NCBI GenBank assembly: GCA_951406725.2
Contig: OX597818.1
Location: forward strand, 85,808,001-85,872,000
DNA from: Octopus vulgaris
Lineage: Eukaryota
Reading direction: 5' to 3'
DNA: 64,000 bases
Positions 12,681-24,479 of this stretch are shown here, in pieces. Each line of letters starts with the position of its first letter. Within the stretch, counting starts at the first letter, position 1. A program made the position numbers and the translations under genes. The notes beneath the pieces were generated by a model. The model ran no database searches and was not told where the DNA came from. It saw nothing but the letters and a program-made list of their open reading frames with translations.

Positions 12681-13665
12681 GTTTTCCTTCTCCAAATTGG
12701 TTTTCAGCCCTGAGTCTGCCTGGTTTCTACTGTAAATTCCTTAATTATTAATCTCTGTTGGATGGTCTGTCCTGGGTATACTTTAAACTGCACCCAGTTC
12801 AATAAATCCTGGGTTTTGAAGAGTATGAAATCATCTCTTAATACCTGTCAAGTTCCCATTTATGGGTTAATTAGCAAATCAGTTGAGCAGATGGAACTTG
12901 TTAGCCTGGAGGTGTGGCAACACATCTAGACAAAGGAAAACCCTGACTCCAAACCTGTGCTGCTTGGTGGCCATATTCAGCCATAGGAAAGGTTTTGAGA
13001 GTAAACCTTGATGAAACATCAAGTGTCAGAGCCACTACAGCAGTTGGATGTTATCTACAAACTCATTCTGACAATTCCTGCAATGATGTTAATGCCAAAT
13101 TGTAAGGGCCATACTGTTCTTTTGAGCAGACATGCTACATGAGCAACAACTTGTACTGCATATCATTCTGCTCCAGCTTGGATCCAATTGATAACCCTAT
13201 ACTAGAGAGAGGTAAAACTCCCTACAACTCAAATAGTACTGGGACAGACCACAATTGCAGCATGCCTAACAGACTGCCACTCATGCATCAGACTGTTCAG
13301 CCTCACACAACACTGTCCCAGTAGGGGCATTTAAGTAGGAACCTCTTCTATTATTATTGGTGACTGGCAGAGGCCTCACGGTTGGGTGGTATATTATTTA
13401 GCAAAAGAAAACCTGGTGTTTATAGTTATTTTTTCATCTCATTTCCTTGTAAGGATAAAATCTATTTGGCTTGTGCGTTTGCCTGATTGATTGGTGATCA
13501 GGTGATAGATCACTTCACTCTTTTACTAGTTTTAGAGCTGTGGCCATGCTGGTGCACCATCAATTTAAAAGTATTGCTCCTGATGTTTGTAGCCATTTAT
13601 TACAAAATACTGAAGTTATTTGATTTGCAGAACTGCTGGGGCCTTGAACCCTCCTTATTCCTTTC

Positions 13666-13701
<36 letters not shown>

Positions 13702-15057
13702 TGTATGTATGATGTATACAATATTTACATCAGCACATTGATACATATGTCTGTGTGTGTGTATATATATATATATATGCTTCTATAAGCAGATGTATAT
13801 GCATATGAGAGAGATGCTGAAGAAGGTAGTGTGTTTGCATATACATAATTAAATAAAATGAGAGAAAGAAAATTAATTGAATCAACAACGCTTACTAAAA
13901 CATTGATGATTGAATTAGTTCCCTTGTTTTCATTTAATTACACACTACAGTCTTATCTACCACTACACAGCTAGCAAACATTATCCACCAGTCCACAGCC
14001 CACATACATACCTAATACTTTTAAACAGAAATGCACTACCTGCTTTATGTGTATGTACGTATTATGTATACATGTTTGTGTTTATGTGTTCGTTTTATTG
14101 TGTACAAACTGTATTCTTGTTTAAGAGTCTGTATATACATTAACATCATGTATGTTGTTTCAGTATACACTTCATAATGCAATAAAAATACCTTGCGTCT
14201 ACAAACACTTATACATACACTCACATATACATACATATATAAACCATCCTCAGTAGTTAATTTACACATTGTGTGTAGAACCTTTCATAGCCATACTTTA
14301 TTTGTTATATGACTATACATATTATATATGCTATATACACAAACACACCTACATAAATATGCTTTGAATATTTCCATTTAATCAACTATGTTCAGAGCAT
14401 GTACACTCACAGTCCATACACATACATACACACATGCAATCATCCTACTCAAATATATATTGTATGCAAATATATACTTGTTTACAATAAATTGCCACAC
14501 TCACATATGCTTATGCAACGTGCATAGATACTTACTGATGTTAGTTGGTGCATTCTGAAATATGATTTTTTTTTTTTCTCTAAAAATGAGCTTCAGCAGG
14601 CATGACCAAATGGTTGAGGAGTTGGCTTCCCAGTCACATGGCTTTAGGTTCAATCCCACTGTGTGGGACACCTTCAACAAGTGTCTTCTAATATAGCCCC
14701 AGAACAGTCAAAGCCTTGTGAGTGGATTTGGTAGAGGGAAAGAAGCATGTTGTGTCACTCTGTCTGTATGTATATATATATGTATATACATTATGTATGA
14801 GTGTTTGTCTCTCCTCGTCTTGATATCACATGATTGTTATCAGTGTCATACAAGTGATGTCCCTCTTTTACAGACTTCCATGAAAACTTGTCCAGTCGTG
14901 AAGTAAATGTTACCTTGCTGGGAAATGGTTGAGAGTTAGCAACAGTAAGGGTCTCCAGCTGTAGAATAGAAAATCAACCTCAATGAATAGCTGTCATGCT
15001 GAATAAATAATCCAATGTACACAATTGAAGCAATATTAAATTAAGCTATCCATTTAT

Positions 15058-15775
15058 ATCATCATCATCATCGTTTAACATCCGCTTTCCATGCTAGCAT
15101 GGGTTGGATGATTTGACTAAGGACTGGCAAACCAGATGACTACACCAGGCTCCAATCTGATCTGGCAGAGTTTCTACAGCTGGATGCTCTTCTTAATGCA
15201 AGCCACCCTGAGAGTGTAGTGGGTGCTTTTACGTGCCACTGGCATGAGGTCCAGTCAGGTAGTACTAGCAACAGCCACGCTCAAATGGTGTTTTTTTACA
15301 TGCTCTTAGCACTCCACTAGCATGGATGCCAGTCATCGAATTTGATTTCGATTTCACTTGCCTCAACAGGTCTTTGCAAGCAGAGTTTAGTGTCCAATGA
15401 AGAAAAGGTACACATAAGTGGGCTGATTACACCCCTGGCATAGGCCATGGGTTATGGTCTCACTTGGCTTGTTGGGTCTTCTCAAGCACAACATATTTCC
15501 AAAGGTCTTGGTCACTTGTCATTGCCTCGGTGGGACCTAATGTTCGAAGGTCATGCTTCACCACCTCATCCTAGGTCTTCCTTGGTCTACCTCTTCCACA
15601 GGTTCCCGCAACCGCTAGGGTGTGGCACTTTTCCACACAGCTATCCTCATCCATTCGCACCACATGACCATACCAACGCAGTCGTCTCTCTCGCACACCA
15701 CATCTGATGCTTCTTAGGTCTAACTTTTCTCTCAAAGTACTTACACTCTGTTGAGTATGCACACTGACATTACAC
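15058..15775 (-). mobile_element. 5'-truncated RTE-clade LINE (RT C-terminus, 3'UTR and (GAT)n tail)
   Basis: ORF 15571-15813 gives LREKLDLRSIRCGVRERRLRWYGHVVRMDED...RGRPRKT, the RTE-type C-terminal motif. It is contiguous with a 3'UTR ending in ATG/GAT repeats. Confidence 0.88.
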
Positions 15776-16873
15776 AAATACATACACAATGCATATACAC
15801 CATTGACAAGCAAGTTGCTGCTTTTTCATCTGAGATGGACTCTCGTATGGATGTGCTGTGTTAAAAATGTATTTATGCTTATTTTTGGCAAAGTTGATTA
15901 TTGCAGCCATGACCTGCCTGCCTTTTGTTCTAATCATGTTTACCTATTATATAATGCCCTTCATTTTCTAAAAGCAATAGGTATAATTTAAGGGATATGT
16001 AACTTTTATTTCTAGCAGGGTAAACACGTACCAAGAGGTATATAAGGAACTGCAGACACTAAATTAATATCAACTGTCCCTAAAGAAGAACATAATCTAC
16101 AAACCCTGGGGGTCAAATGTAATCAGCTTACCCCTCCCTGAAACTGTTGGCCTTGTGCCAAAATTTGAAACCAATATTATTATTATTATAATACCTCCTC
16201 AACATTTCATATATAAATATTCATATACAAAACTGGACTATTTATCTAGCTTCCAGTAATCTAGGTATATTGTGCATTGTACTGTTCTCTGTATTGACTA
16301 AAACAGACCTTGTTTTTGAAGTTGGTTAATTTGCATACAGTGTGTTAAAAGTAGATATGTTCTTTACTTTTTTATGCAGATTGATAAAGTTTCAACTTTA
16401 TCAGTTTTGGAATTGTATTAATTTGTATTTGTCATATAAAATCATGTTCTTTACTTATCATCATTCAATTTTTATCCTATAAACATTACACAGTATGATA
16501 ATATTTTAAAAATTTGAAATGGATTAATAAATATAAAACAGACTCTCCTTTAGAAGTGTATTAATTTGAATCTGTTAAATATGGTTTAGCACTTGATATA
16601 GTTTATTTTATATTTTAAGTATATATTTAGACTGTCTCCAGAAAACCAGAAAATCCAGAAGACTTTGGGTCACAAGCTTGCCGGATAATTGGTCCGGTAC
16701 TGTATGAACCATGGTCAATATGTATATACAACACACACACACACAAAAAAGAAGCCATATTTTTATGAATATGCCACTTATTTTAGTAAATTCAATTATT
16801 CAAAACAAGTCAACAGTTTTTCTCATTCTCGCTATTTTTTTTTCCTCCTGTTTTTCTTGCACCACCACTGCAG

Positions 16874-16949
16874 TTATTATGAAGACATCAAATCTATCAT
16901 ACCAATATCAGACCAAGATATGAATTCTATGTTACAAGAAGAATCACGA
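16874..16949 (+). CDS. PlexA: Plexin-A exon: (R)YYEDIKSIIPISDQDMNSMLQEESR
   Basis: cactgcag|T ... CGA|gtaagt; 76 nt, phase 2 to 0; matches the plexin YY.DI...P.ISDQDM motif. Confidence 0.95.
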
Positions 16950-17286
16950 GTAAGTACCAAATTCTTTAGCGGGTTTTTTCTTTTATTTATTCATCTGAAA
17001 TATACCTCAAAACACCATAGAAAGTAACAGATGATTGACCTAACCCTTTAGGTTTTGAACTATCTGAGACTGCTCCTGGTTTTATGATTCAAACTTATTG
17101 TTTTATAATTATCTGAATTGTGATTTTCCAGCAAAATTTCATGTTGAATTATATTGCAAACACCAGCTCAATCATGATAATTATTTTACAAAGTACTTCA
17201 TTGTTTTCAAAGTTAATTGAACATGACAAATATGGTAACAAAAGTAGAAAGGATTATTATCATTACTATTATTATTATTATCTTTT

Positions 17287-19055
17287 AAGGTGGTGAGCTA
17301 GCAGAATTATTAGCATGCCAGGCAAAATGCTTAGCAGTATTTCATACATCGTCATGTTCTCAGCACAAATTCTGCCAAGGTCAACTTTGCCTTTCATCTT
17401 TTCAGTATTGATGAAATAGGTACCAGTGAAACACTGGGATCGATGTAATTGACTTACCCCTCCCCCAAAATTTCAGGCCTTGTGCCTTTAGCGTAAAGGA
17501 TTATTATTATTATTCAGATGGCAAACTAGTAGAATCATTAGCACGCCAGGTGAAATGCTTAGCTGTATTTCATCTGTCTTTGCAATCTGAGTTCAAATTC
17601 TGTCAAGGCTGGCTTTGCCTTTCATCCTTTCGGGGTCAATGAAATAAATATCAGTTACATGCTAGGGTTAATATAATCAAGTAGCCCTTCACAAAATCGC
17701 TGGGTTTGTGCCAAAGTTTGAAATTGATATTATGATGACAATAAGATAGTGAGCTGGCAGAATCATTAGTCTGTTCAACAAAATGTTTAGTGGCATTTCT
17801 TCCAGCTCTTTACATTCTGTGTTCAAATCATACTGATGTCAAATTTGCTTTTCATCCATTCAGGATTGATAAGATAAAGTACCAGCAAAGTACTGAGATC
17901 AATGTAATCAACTAATCCCCACTAAATAATTCTTATGCCTTGTGCTAAAATTTGAAGCATCATTATGCTTCATGGTCTTGTACATAAAGACATGTGTAGA
18001 TAGCACCATGGGACATCTTGGGAGAGATCAATCTTACCTAATGCCTTTTCTAAAGGAGTCTTCCTAAAGTTGTACATTTTTTAGGGTGATGAATTGGCAA
18101 AAAAGTTAATGCAAGGCTTTGTTTCCAATGCTCTATTTCATCACTTTCTGAGTTCAAATCCTATATCAATCAATTTTGTTCTAAGGCTGCAAGTAGCAGA
18201 ATCATTAGTGCATTGAATTAAATGCTTAGCTGCAGTTCTTCCAGCTCCTTATATTCTGAGCTTGAATCCTGTCATGGTCAACTTTGGTTTTCATAACTTT
18301 CAGGGTCATTAAAATAAAGTACCACTCAAGTCTTAGGGCTGGTGCAATCAACAAAACCCTTCTTCCTAAGATTTCTAGCCTTGTGCCAAAAGTTTGAAAC
18401 AATTATTATCAAGGTGGTGAGCTGGCAGAATTTTTAGCACACGAGGCAAAATGTTTAGTGAAATTTTGTCCATTTTTATGCTCTGAGTTCAAATACCACC
18501 AAAGTCGGCTTTGTTTTACATCCTTTTGGGGTCAATAAATTAAGTACCAGTGAAACACTGGGGTTGATGTAATCAACTAGTCCCCTCTACCAAAATTTCA
18601 GGCTTTGAGCCTTTAGTAGAAAGGATTATTATAAATGATAGTTACGGTGGAAAGCAGGCAGAATTGTTAACACACCGGGCAAAATGCTCAGCAGTATTTC
18701 ATCTATCTTCACGTTCAGAGTTCAAATTCCACCGAGATCAACTTCACCTTTTATCTTTTCAGGGTCTATAAAACATGTACCAGTTGAACACTGGGGTCGA
18801 TACAATTAACTTAACCCCTCCCTAAAATTTTCTAGCCATATGCCAAAATTTGAAACTAGTATTGTTAATTATACAACATAACAGAATCAACAGATCATTA
18901 GAACTCAGAATATGAAATAGTTTTATATGCCTTCAAGGCTCAATTTACCTTTCATCCTTCCAGAAGTCAATAACTCATCAAGTGCCGGGGGATTGATTCA
19001 GTAAAACATTCTTTCTCCTTCAAAATGTGTGTCCTTGTGCCTGTGTTAAAAGTTA
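17287..19055 (+). mobile_element. Head-to-tail array of about 8 diverged SINE-B copies, all sense
   Basis: The head AAGGTGGTGAGCT(G/A)GCAGAAT recurs at about 17287, 17515, 17745, 18085, 18183, 18411, 18645 and 18880. Most copies continue into the core and an (ATT)n tail. Confidence 0.85.
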
Positions 19056-19116
19056 ATATTGGTTTATATAGCAGTACGGAAACTAATATTTTCATTTTTG
19101 TCTCTTTACTATCTAG

Positions 19117-19191
19117 CTACATTGCCATGAGTTCAACACAGAAGCAGCGTTAAATGAATTGTACAAATATGTTGACAGTTATAGTTGTAAG
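19117..19191 (+). CDS. PlexA: Plexin-A exon: LHCHEFNTEAALNELYKYVDSYSCK
   Basis: tatctag|CTA ... AAG|gtaagc; 75 nt, phase 0/0; matches the plexin H..EFN...AL.E.Y.Y motif. Confidence 0.93.
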
Positions 19192-19624
19192 GTAAGCTGT
19201 GTCTTTTTATCACTTTCTGTTTGCAGCCTTGTTCTAGAAACATTACATAAATGCCATGGCATTAACCTTTCAGCATTTAAACTAGCATTATCCAACCAAA
19301 ATATTCTACCTGTTTTTTGGTCAAAGTGGCCAGATCCAGTTTTTCCCACCTATCCTACAGCATCATTCTAAAACTAAACAATCACATTATATATAGATAG
19401 ATAGATAGTAAAATAAGGACCCAGATAGAACCAGGTACTTGAAAAGGCATGCACCCGGTAGGGTTGGATAAACCTGTGGCTCTAGTTTATGGTTGATAAG
19501 TATCAAAATAAGATATGAGTATCTAGCTCATAGGGACTGGTCCAAAGCAAGCATTGCATTGAACTGTACATTGTTGAGTTGTAAATGTCTGCTCATTTAT
19601 CAATTGTATGTTATTGCTCATTTG

Positions 19625-19669
<45 letters not shown>

Positions 19670-20322
19670 TTCAACTGTCCAACCCATGCCAGCATGGAAG
19701 GTGGACATTAAATGATGATGATAAAATGCAACAGAATAAGAATTTTGACTCTGGGCAAATACCTTACAAGCACTCTGACAGAATCCAGACATGGCTAACC
19801 ATATTGAATGGTAGGAAACATTTAGAATACACAAGTTGTACTCCCTTGGATTGATAAATACTAAGATTGCTTCAGAGAATTTCATGTAGAAAATAGAGAG
19901 TATTTTTGCGATATAGTAATGAAGAATCGGGGGAGTTAGACATCTTAAAAATTTATTTGATAGAAATCATTTTCTTATTATTGGAATGTAATATGAAGAA
20001 AATAATTTTTATTAAATGAAATTTAAAGATGTATTTGTCATTATTTTGGCTTGATATACACAAATGATAAAATATTCACCACTTTTTTAAGTGGATGTTG
20101 TGTTAGAACACATAAATTCTCTCATGTGGTTATTTGGTGCATAAAAGCAACAGACAATCACCTCTACTTCTGCTGCTTGGACTACCAGGTCACATGATTT
20201 CGGCCTGATTTGGTCTTTTCAATGATGGAAATAGCATTAACTGCAGCACTAGTGATATACATAGAAATACAGAGCCAAAATGGGTGCTGATGTTGCCAAA
20301 GGTCGGTGTACTTATTAAAAAA

Positions 20323-20464
20323 GGAAGGATAGAGGCTGTATTAATACCCAAAGGTAAAATATCCACCACTTAAAAATGTATTTTGCATTAGAACACACAA
20401 ATGCTGCAATATTTTAAGTGGTGAATATTTTACTTTTGGGTATTAATATTGCCTCTATCTTTCT
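20323..20464. repeat. ~140-nt hairpin (probable MITE) in the last plexin intron
   Basis: GATAGAGGCTGTATTAATACCCAAAGGTAAAATATCCACCACTTAAAA pairs with TTTTAAGTGGTGAATATTTTACTTTTGGGTATTAATATTGCCTCTATC. A partial copy is at about 20068-20115. Confidence 0.8.
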
Positions 20465-20507
20465 ATGTTTTATACAAATGGATATTTTAATTATATTTAA
20501 ACTGCTA

Positions 20508-20730
20508 TACAAGCAGGCGTAGAAAAGTTCCTGGTTTTGGGTAAAAGAAAATACAGGAGGATCAGTTAATTATGATTTTATTCGACATATTCCCTTCTCA
20601 GATTCACGCACTTATTGTAGCAGTCCTTCAGTTTTTCTGAACCCTGTAAAAAGAACTCAGAAGGTTGGGGTCTCTGAACAGGCCTTTCATGATACCCTTA
20701 AAGCCAGGAACGTTTCCACGCCCCCTCATA
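20508..20730. mobile_element. Mariner-derived MITE (TA TSD); second copy at 34639-34857
   Basis: Ends are TA-CAAGCAGGCGTAGAAAAGTTCCTGGTTTT and AAAAGCCAGGAACGTTTCCACGCCCCCTCA-TA. The interior matches the 34.6-kb copy. Confidence 0.8.
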
Positions 20731-20777
20731 CACAAATCATTATTATTTATATGTTTTTTCTTTTCTTTTTTTCATAG

Positions 20778-20882
20778 TTGTTGCAAGCTTTAGAATCTGA
20801 TGAAACTGCCAGTCGGAGTAAGTTGGACCTGAAACTACAACAAGTGATGAACTTGATAAATAATGCCGACCAATCTTATTGA
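20778..20882 (+). CDS. PlexA: Plexin-A terminal coding exon: LLQALESDETASRSKLDLKLQQVMNLINNADQSY*
   Basis: Long pyrimidine tract then ttcatag|TTG. AL..D......L..KL.QV matches the plexin-A C-terminal helix; TGA at 20880-20882. Confidence 0.92.
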   Translation: MLQALESDETASRSKLDLKLQQVMNLINNADQSY

Positions 20883-22104
20883 TGTTGCTGCCAAGACCAA
20901 AAATATAAATATAAAAAAAAAATTTCAAAAAATTTTAAAAATAAACAAAAAAATACAAATGAAAAATACAAACACAACCACCAAACAACCTAGCATCCCT
21001 TACCTGCCTCCCGCATCACCTACTGCTACCAAAGGAATAATGACACTTCTTAGGGTGCAGTCTCTGTTGTTTTTTTTTTTAATATCTACACGCCATCACC
21101 ACCACCACCATCAATTAAACTACTGATCTTAATACCAAACTGCTCTACTGCTGCCACTGCTCTCAAAGAGGCATGGTATGGGTGGTTTGGAAGTTGGCGG
21201 GGGGATAAATAAAATAATATGAGGACTAAAATTTAAATAAAAGATATATATATATAAAATTCATACCAAATTTAAAAAAACAAGAAACATTACAAAGAAA
21301 TAAAACTATAAATGAAATATAAAAAAAATAAATAAAAAAATTCAAACTTGGAAAAATTCAAAACGGAAAACAAAGGAAAAAAAAAACAAAAACAACAAGG
21401 AGTTAAGTGAGCGAGGATAAATGAAGGGGATGTTGTTGTTAACAATGATGATGAAGAAGGAGGAGGAAGAGATGAAAGACAGGTGGAGGGTGACTGGGTA
21501 AAGGGATGTCAGCTATTTTTTTTTTGCTTGGAAATATTGCAAAAGACCATTTTTTATAAGAAAAAGATATAAATTCCAGATCCAGTAGCAGATATAATTT
21601 ATCTGGGAGGTGGGAGGCCTTTAATCTACTTTTAATGACTGGTCTTTGTTGTTGGTTTTTCATTATAATCCCTTCAAATTTTAGGCCTTATGTGTGCATG
21701 GTGTCATAAATTATACATATGCATGTACATAGATATATATATGTGTGTATATATATATATATACTCACACACATATTCTAGACATACATTCTTGTACATT
21801 AAACCTCATACCATGGTTTCATGTGGATTATCCTAGTGAATCCTTTTGATCATCAGTGGACAACATTACAGACATTTCTCCTGAGAAGTAATCTCTGTTG
21901 AAGACATTGATTTAACCTTCTAGATTACATACACTTGAATTTCTATTATTTTCAACACATGCATGCACATACACACTCACACACACACATTTATATACAT
22001 GCATATACACATATAGTGAACAATTTGTTTAAAAAAAAAAAACCAGAACACCATAAACACATTCTGTGTGTATATGTACATATATGTATGTGTGTGTGTA
22101 GAAG

Positions 22105-22135
<31 letters not shown>

Positions 22136-23170
22136 GTATATATATATATATATATATACAAAGTTTAGTGAAATCCCAATGCCAGCCCACCTCTCCTCCA
22201 CCTCACAAAGAAGACATAAAAGCAACATAGAACTTTTAAACCAGTCAAGGAATGTGTCCTCACAACAAAATTCATACTGTTAACAGCCTGTTTGTAAATT
22301 GCAAAGTTTTCGAAAAACCAAAGTGTGTGGATGTGTGCGTTTGCTTGCTTGGGTACGAATGCATGAGTGACTGTTTTTTTTTTTTTAAATAACTAATTTT
22401 AGTTTTTATTTTCCTATCATGTCAGAATTGAGTGTGTGTGTTTATATCCTCTCTGTCTCCTCTATAATTATTATTATTATTATTATTATTATAACTTCTA
22501 TTACTGCTACCGGACTACATATATTGATTCACCCACCTGCCCAACCACTCACCAACACAAACTTACAAAACACTCTCCACTTTCCCAATCACCAAAATAT
22601 CTTGTCACAGTGCTACATATATATATACACATATATATTTATATATTTGTGTGTGTATAAGTGTATAAACATTAATGTATGTATGTGCGTGTTTGTGTGT
22701 GTGTATGTGTGTATACACAGTAACTACAGTCAGCAGGATTATACTTTTACTATATATATACACACACATACACACACATTTGTATAATGTGTGTATTTAC
22801 TCTCCTTTGCCCTCTTTATAAAGAAAGAAAATTTTAAAGAAAGAAAAAATAAAGAAAAACAAGAACCACCGCCACCTCTACATAAGCACACATTAAACAT
22901 AACAAAACTATATAATTTTTTATATCTCAAAAAAAAATATATATATAAATAAATATAATGTAAATGAACATGAAACCAAAAAAAAATGATAATATTAATA
23001 ATAATAATAATAACTAAAAGTTTTGCGAATTGGGAAGGGCCAATGAGGAAAGAAGTGGAGAAAAGGGAAGGGAGGGGAGAAAGAGTTGGAAAAAAATTTA
23101 AATAATATTAATAATAATGAAGAAATAAAATTTTGAAAAAAATAAAAGAAAAATAATTAAACTTGTTTTA
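20883..23170 (+). other. Putative plexin 3'UTR (~2.3 kb)
   Basis: Follows the stop codon. It is A-rich and I see no interspersed repeats in it, unlike the flanks; SINEs resume at about 23290. The end point is inferred. Confidence 0.5.
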
Positions 23171-23200
23171 TTTTATTTATTTTCTTCTTTCTTGCTGTCA
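23124..23200 (+). terminator. Candidate polyadenylation signal cluster
   Basis: AATAAA at 23124 and 23141 and ATTAAA at 23156, followed by a U/GU-rich tract (cttgttttattttatttattttcttc). Other AATAAA hexamers (e.g. 21208) lie upstream. Confidence 0.4.
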
Positions 23201-23693
23201 TGTGAATTATTTTTTTCTAATGCATATTTTGCTTTTTAAATGAACATGGAAAAATTTCATAAATGTATATATGTGTTTAATATTATTTGTTACATCATTA
23301 GTGTTTGACATTTATTTTCTATGCTGGCATAGGTTGGATAGTTTGACAGAAGCCAACAAGCCAGAGGACTTCACCAAGCTCCATTGTTTACTTTTGCATG
23401 GTTTTTAAGGCTAGATGCCTTTACTAATGTCAACACCTTCACAGAGTGAAATAAGTGATTTCTTTTTACACAGAACCATGCCAAGTGAGGAAAGGCTAAA
23501 GTATGATGGAGTAACAAAGAGGTATTTTGCAGTATATATACAGGGCTACCTCCTATATATAGATGCAGAAATGAATGTGATTTTGGATGCAGTCCTACTA
23601 TGCAGGCAAGTATGTTTGGGCTAACCAAAGCCTTGTGAGTGGATATGGTAGACGAAAACTGAAAGAAATTCATCTTGTGTATATGTGTATATT

Positions 23694-23862
23694 GGCACAG
23701 GAGTGGCTGTGTGGTAAGTAGCTTACTTACCAACCATGGTTCTGGGTTCAGTCCCACTATGTGGCACCTTGGGCAAGTGTCTTCTACTATAGCCTCCGGC
23801 CAACCAAAGCCTTTTGAATGGATTTGGTAGATGGAAACTCAAAGAAGCCTGTTGTATATTTA

Positions 23863-23923
<61 letters not shown>

Positions 23924-24099
23924 ATATGTTTGTATGTCTGCGTTTGTCGCTTGACAACCGATGGTGGTGTGTTTATGTCCCCATAACTTAGTGGTTCGGC
24001 AAAAAGAGACCGATAGAATAAGTCTTGGGGTCGATTTGCTCAACTAAAGGCGGTGCTCCAGCATGGCTGCAGTCAAATGACTGAAACAAGTAAAAGAGT
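23694..24099 (+). mobile_element. Full-length SINE-A
   Basis: GGCACAGGAGTGGCTGTGTGGTAAG...GGTTCAGTCCC...CCTTGGGCAAGT...(TA)n(TG)n...GACTGAAACAAGTAAAAGAG. Confidence 0.88.
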
Positions 24100-24479
24100 A
24101 TATGTTTTGACTTGACATGGTGGTTCTAAGTAAGCATCACCATCATGCAAGCAAGTTTCCAATATTCCATAAAGATATGTCTGGCCGTAGAGATATATTT
24201 GTCTTGCTTGGCAACAGGAAGGGCATCAGCCATAGAAAATCTGCTTCAACAAATTCCATCTGACTCATGCAAAAAGTGGACATCAAAATGATGATGAGTT
24301 ATGCACATCATAAACCAGAAAATATATTTAAATATAGTCTTGCTGTGCATTAAATCAGACTGTAAGCACATTCATTTAAAACTATTTGATGTTTAGAAAA
24401 AGGAAGCTTTATCCAGTCATGATCTAAAGCAATGGTTCTCAACCAGCGTTCATATGGCCCTCTGCTAGAATACTTTATT

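Larger units (their letters stand above)
2453..20882 (+). other. PlexA: Class-A plexin gene, 3' portion (last 8 coding exons; 5' part lies upstream of the window)
   Basis: Eight exons (94+98+93+167+213+76+75+105 = 921 nt), all AG/GT-bounded with matching phases, give one 306-aa frame. It contains the plexin-A motif [19 protein letters not shown] and the plexin GAP motifs [15 protein letters not shown] and [17 protein letters not shown]. There is no plexin-B-type C-terminal PDZ motif. Confidence 0.95.
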
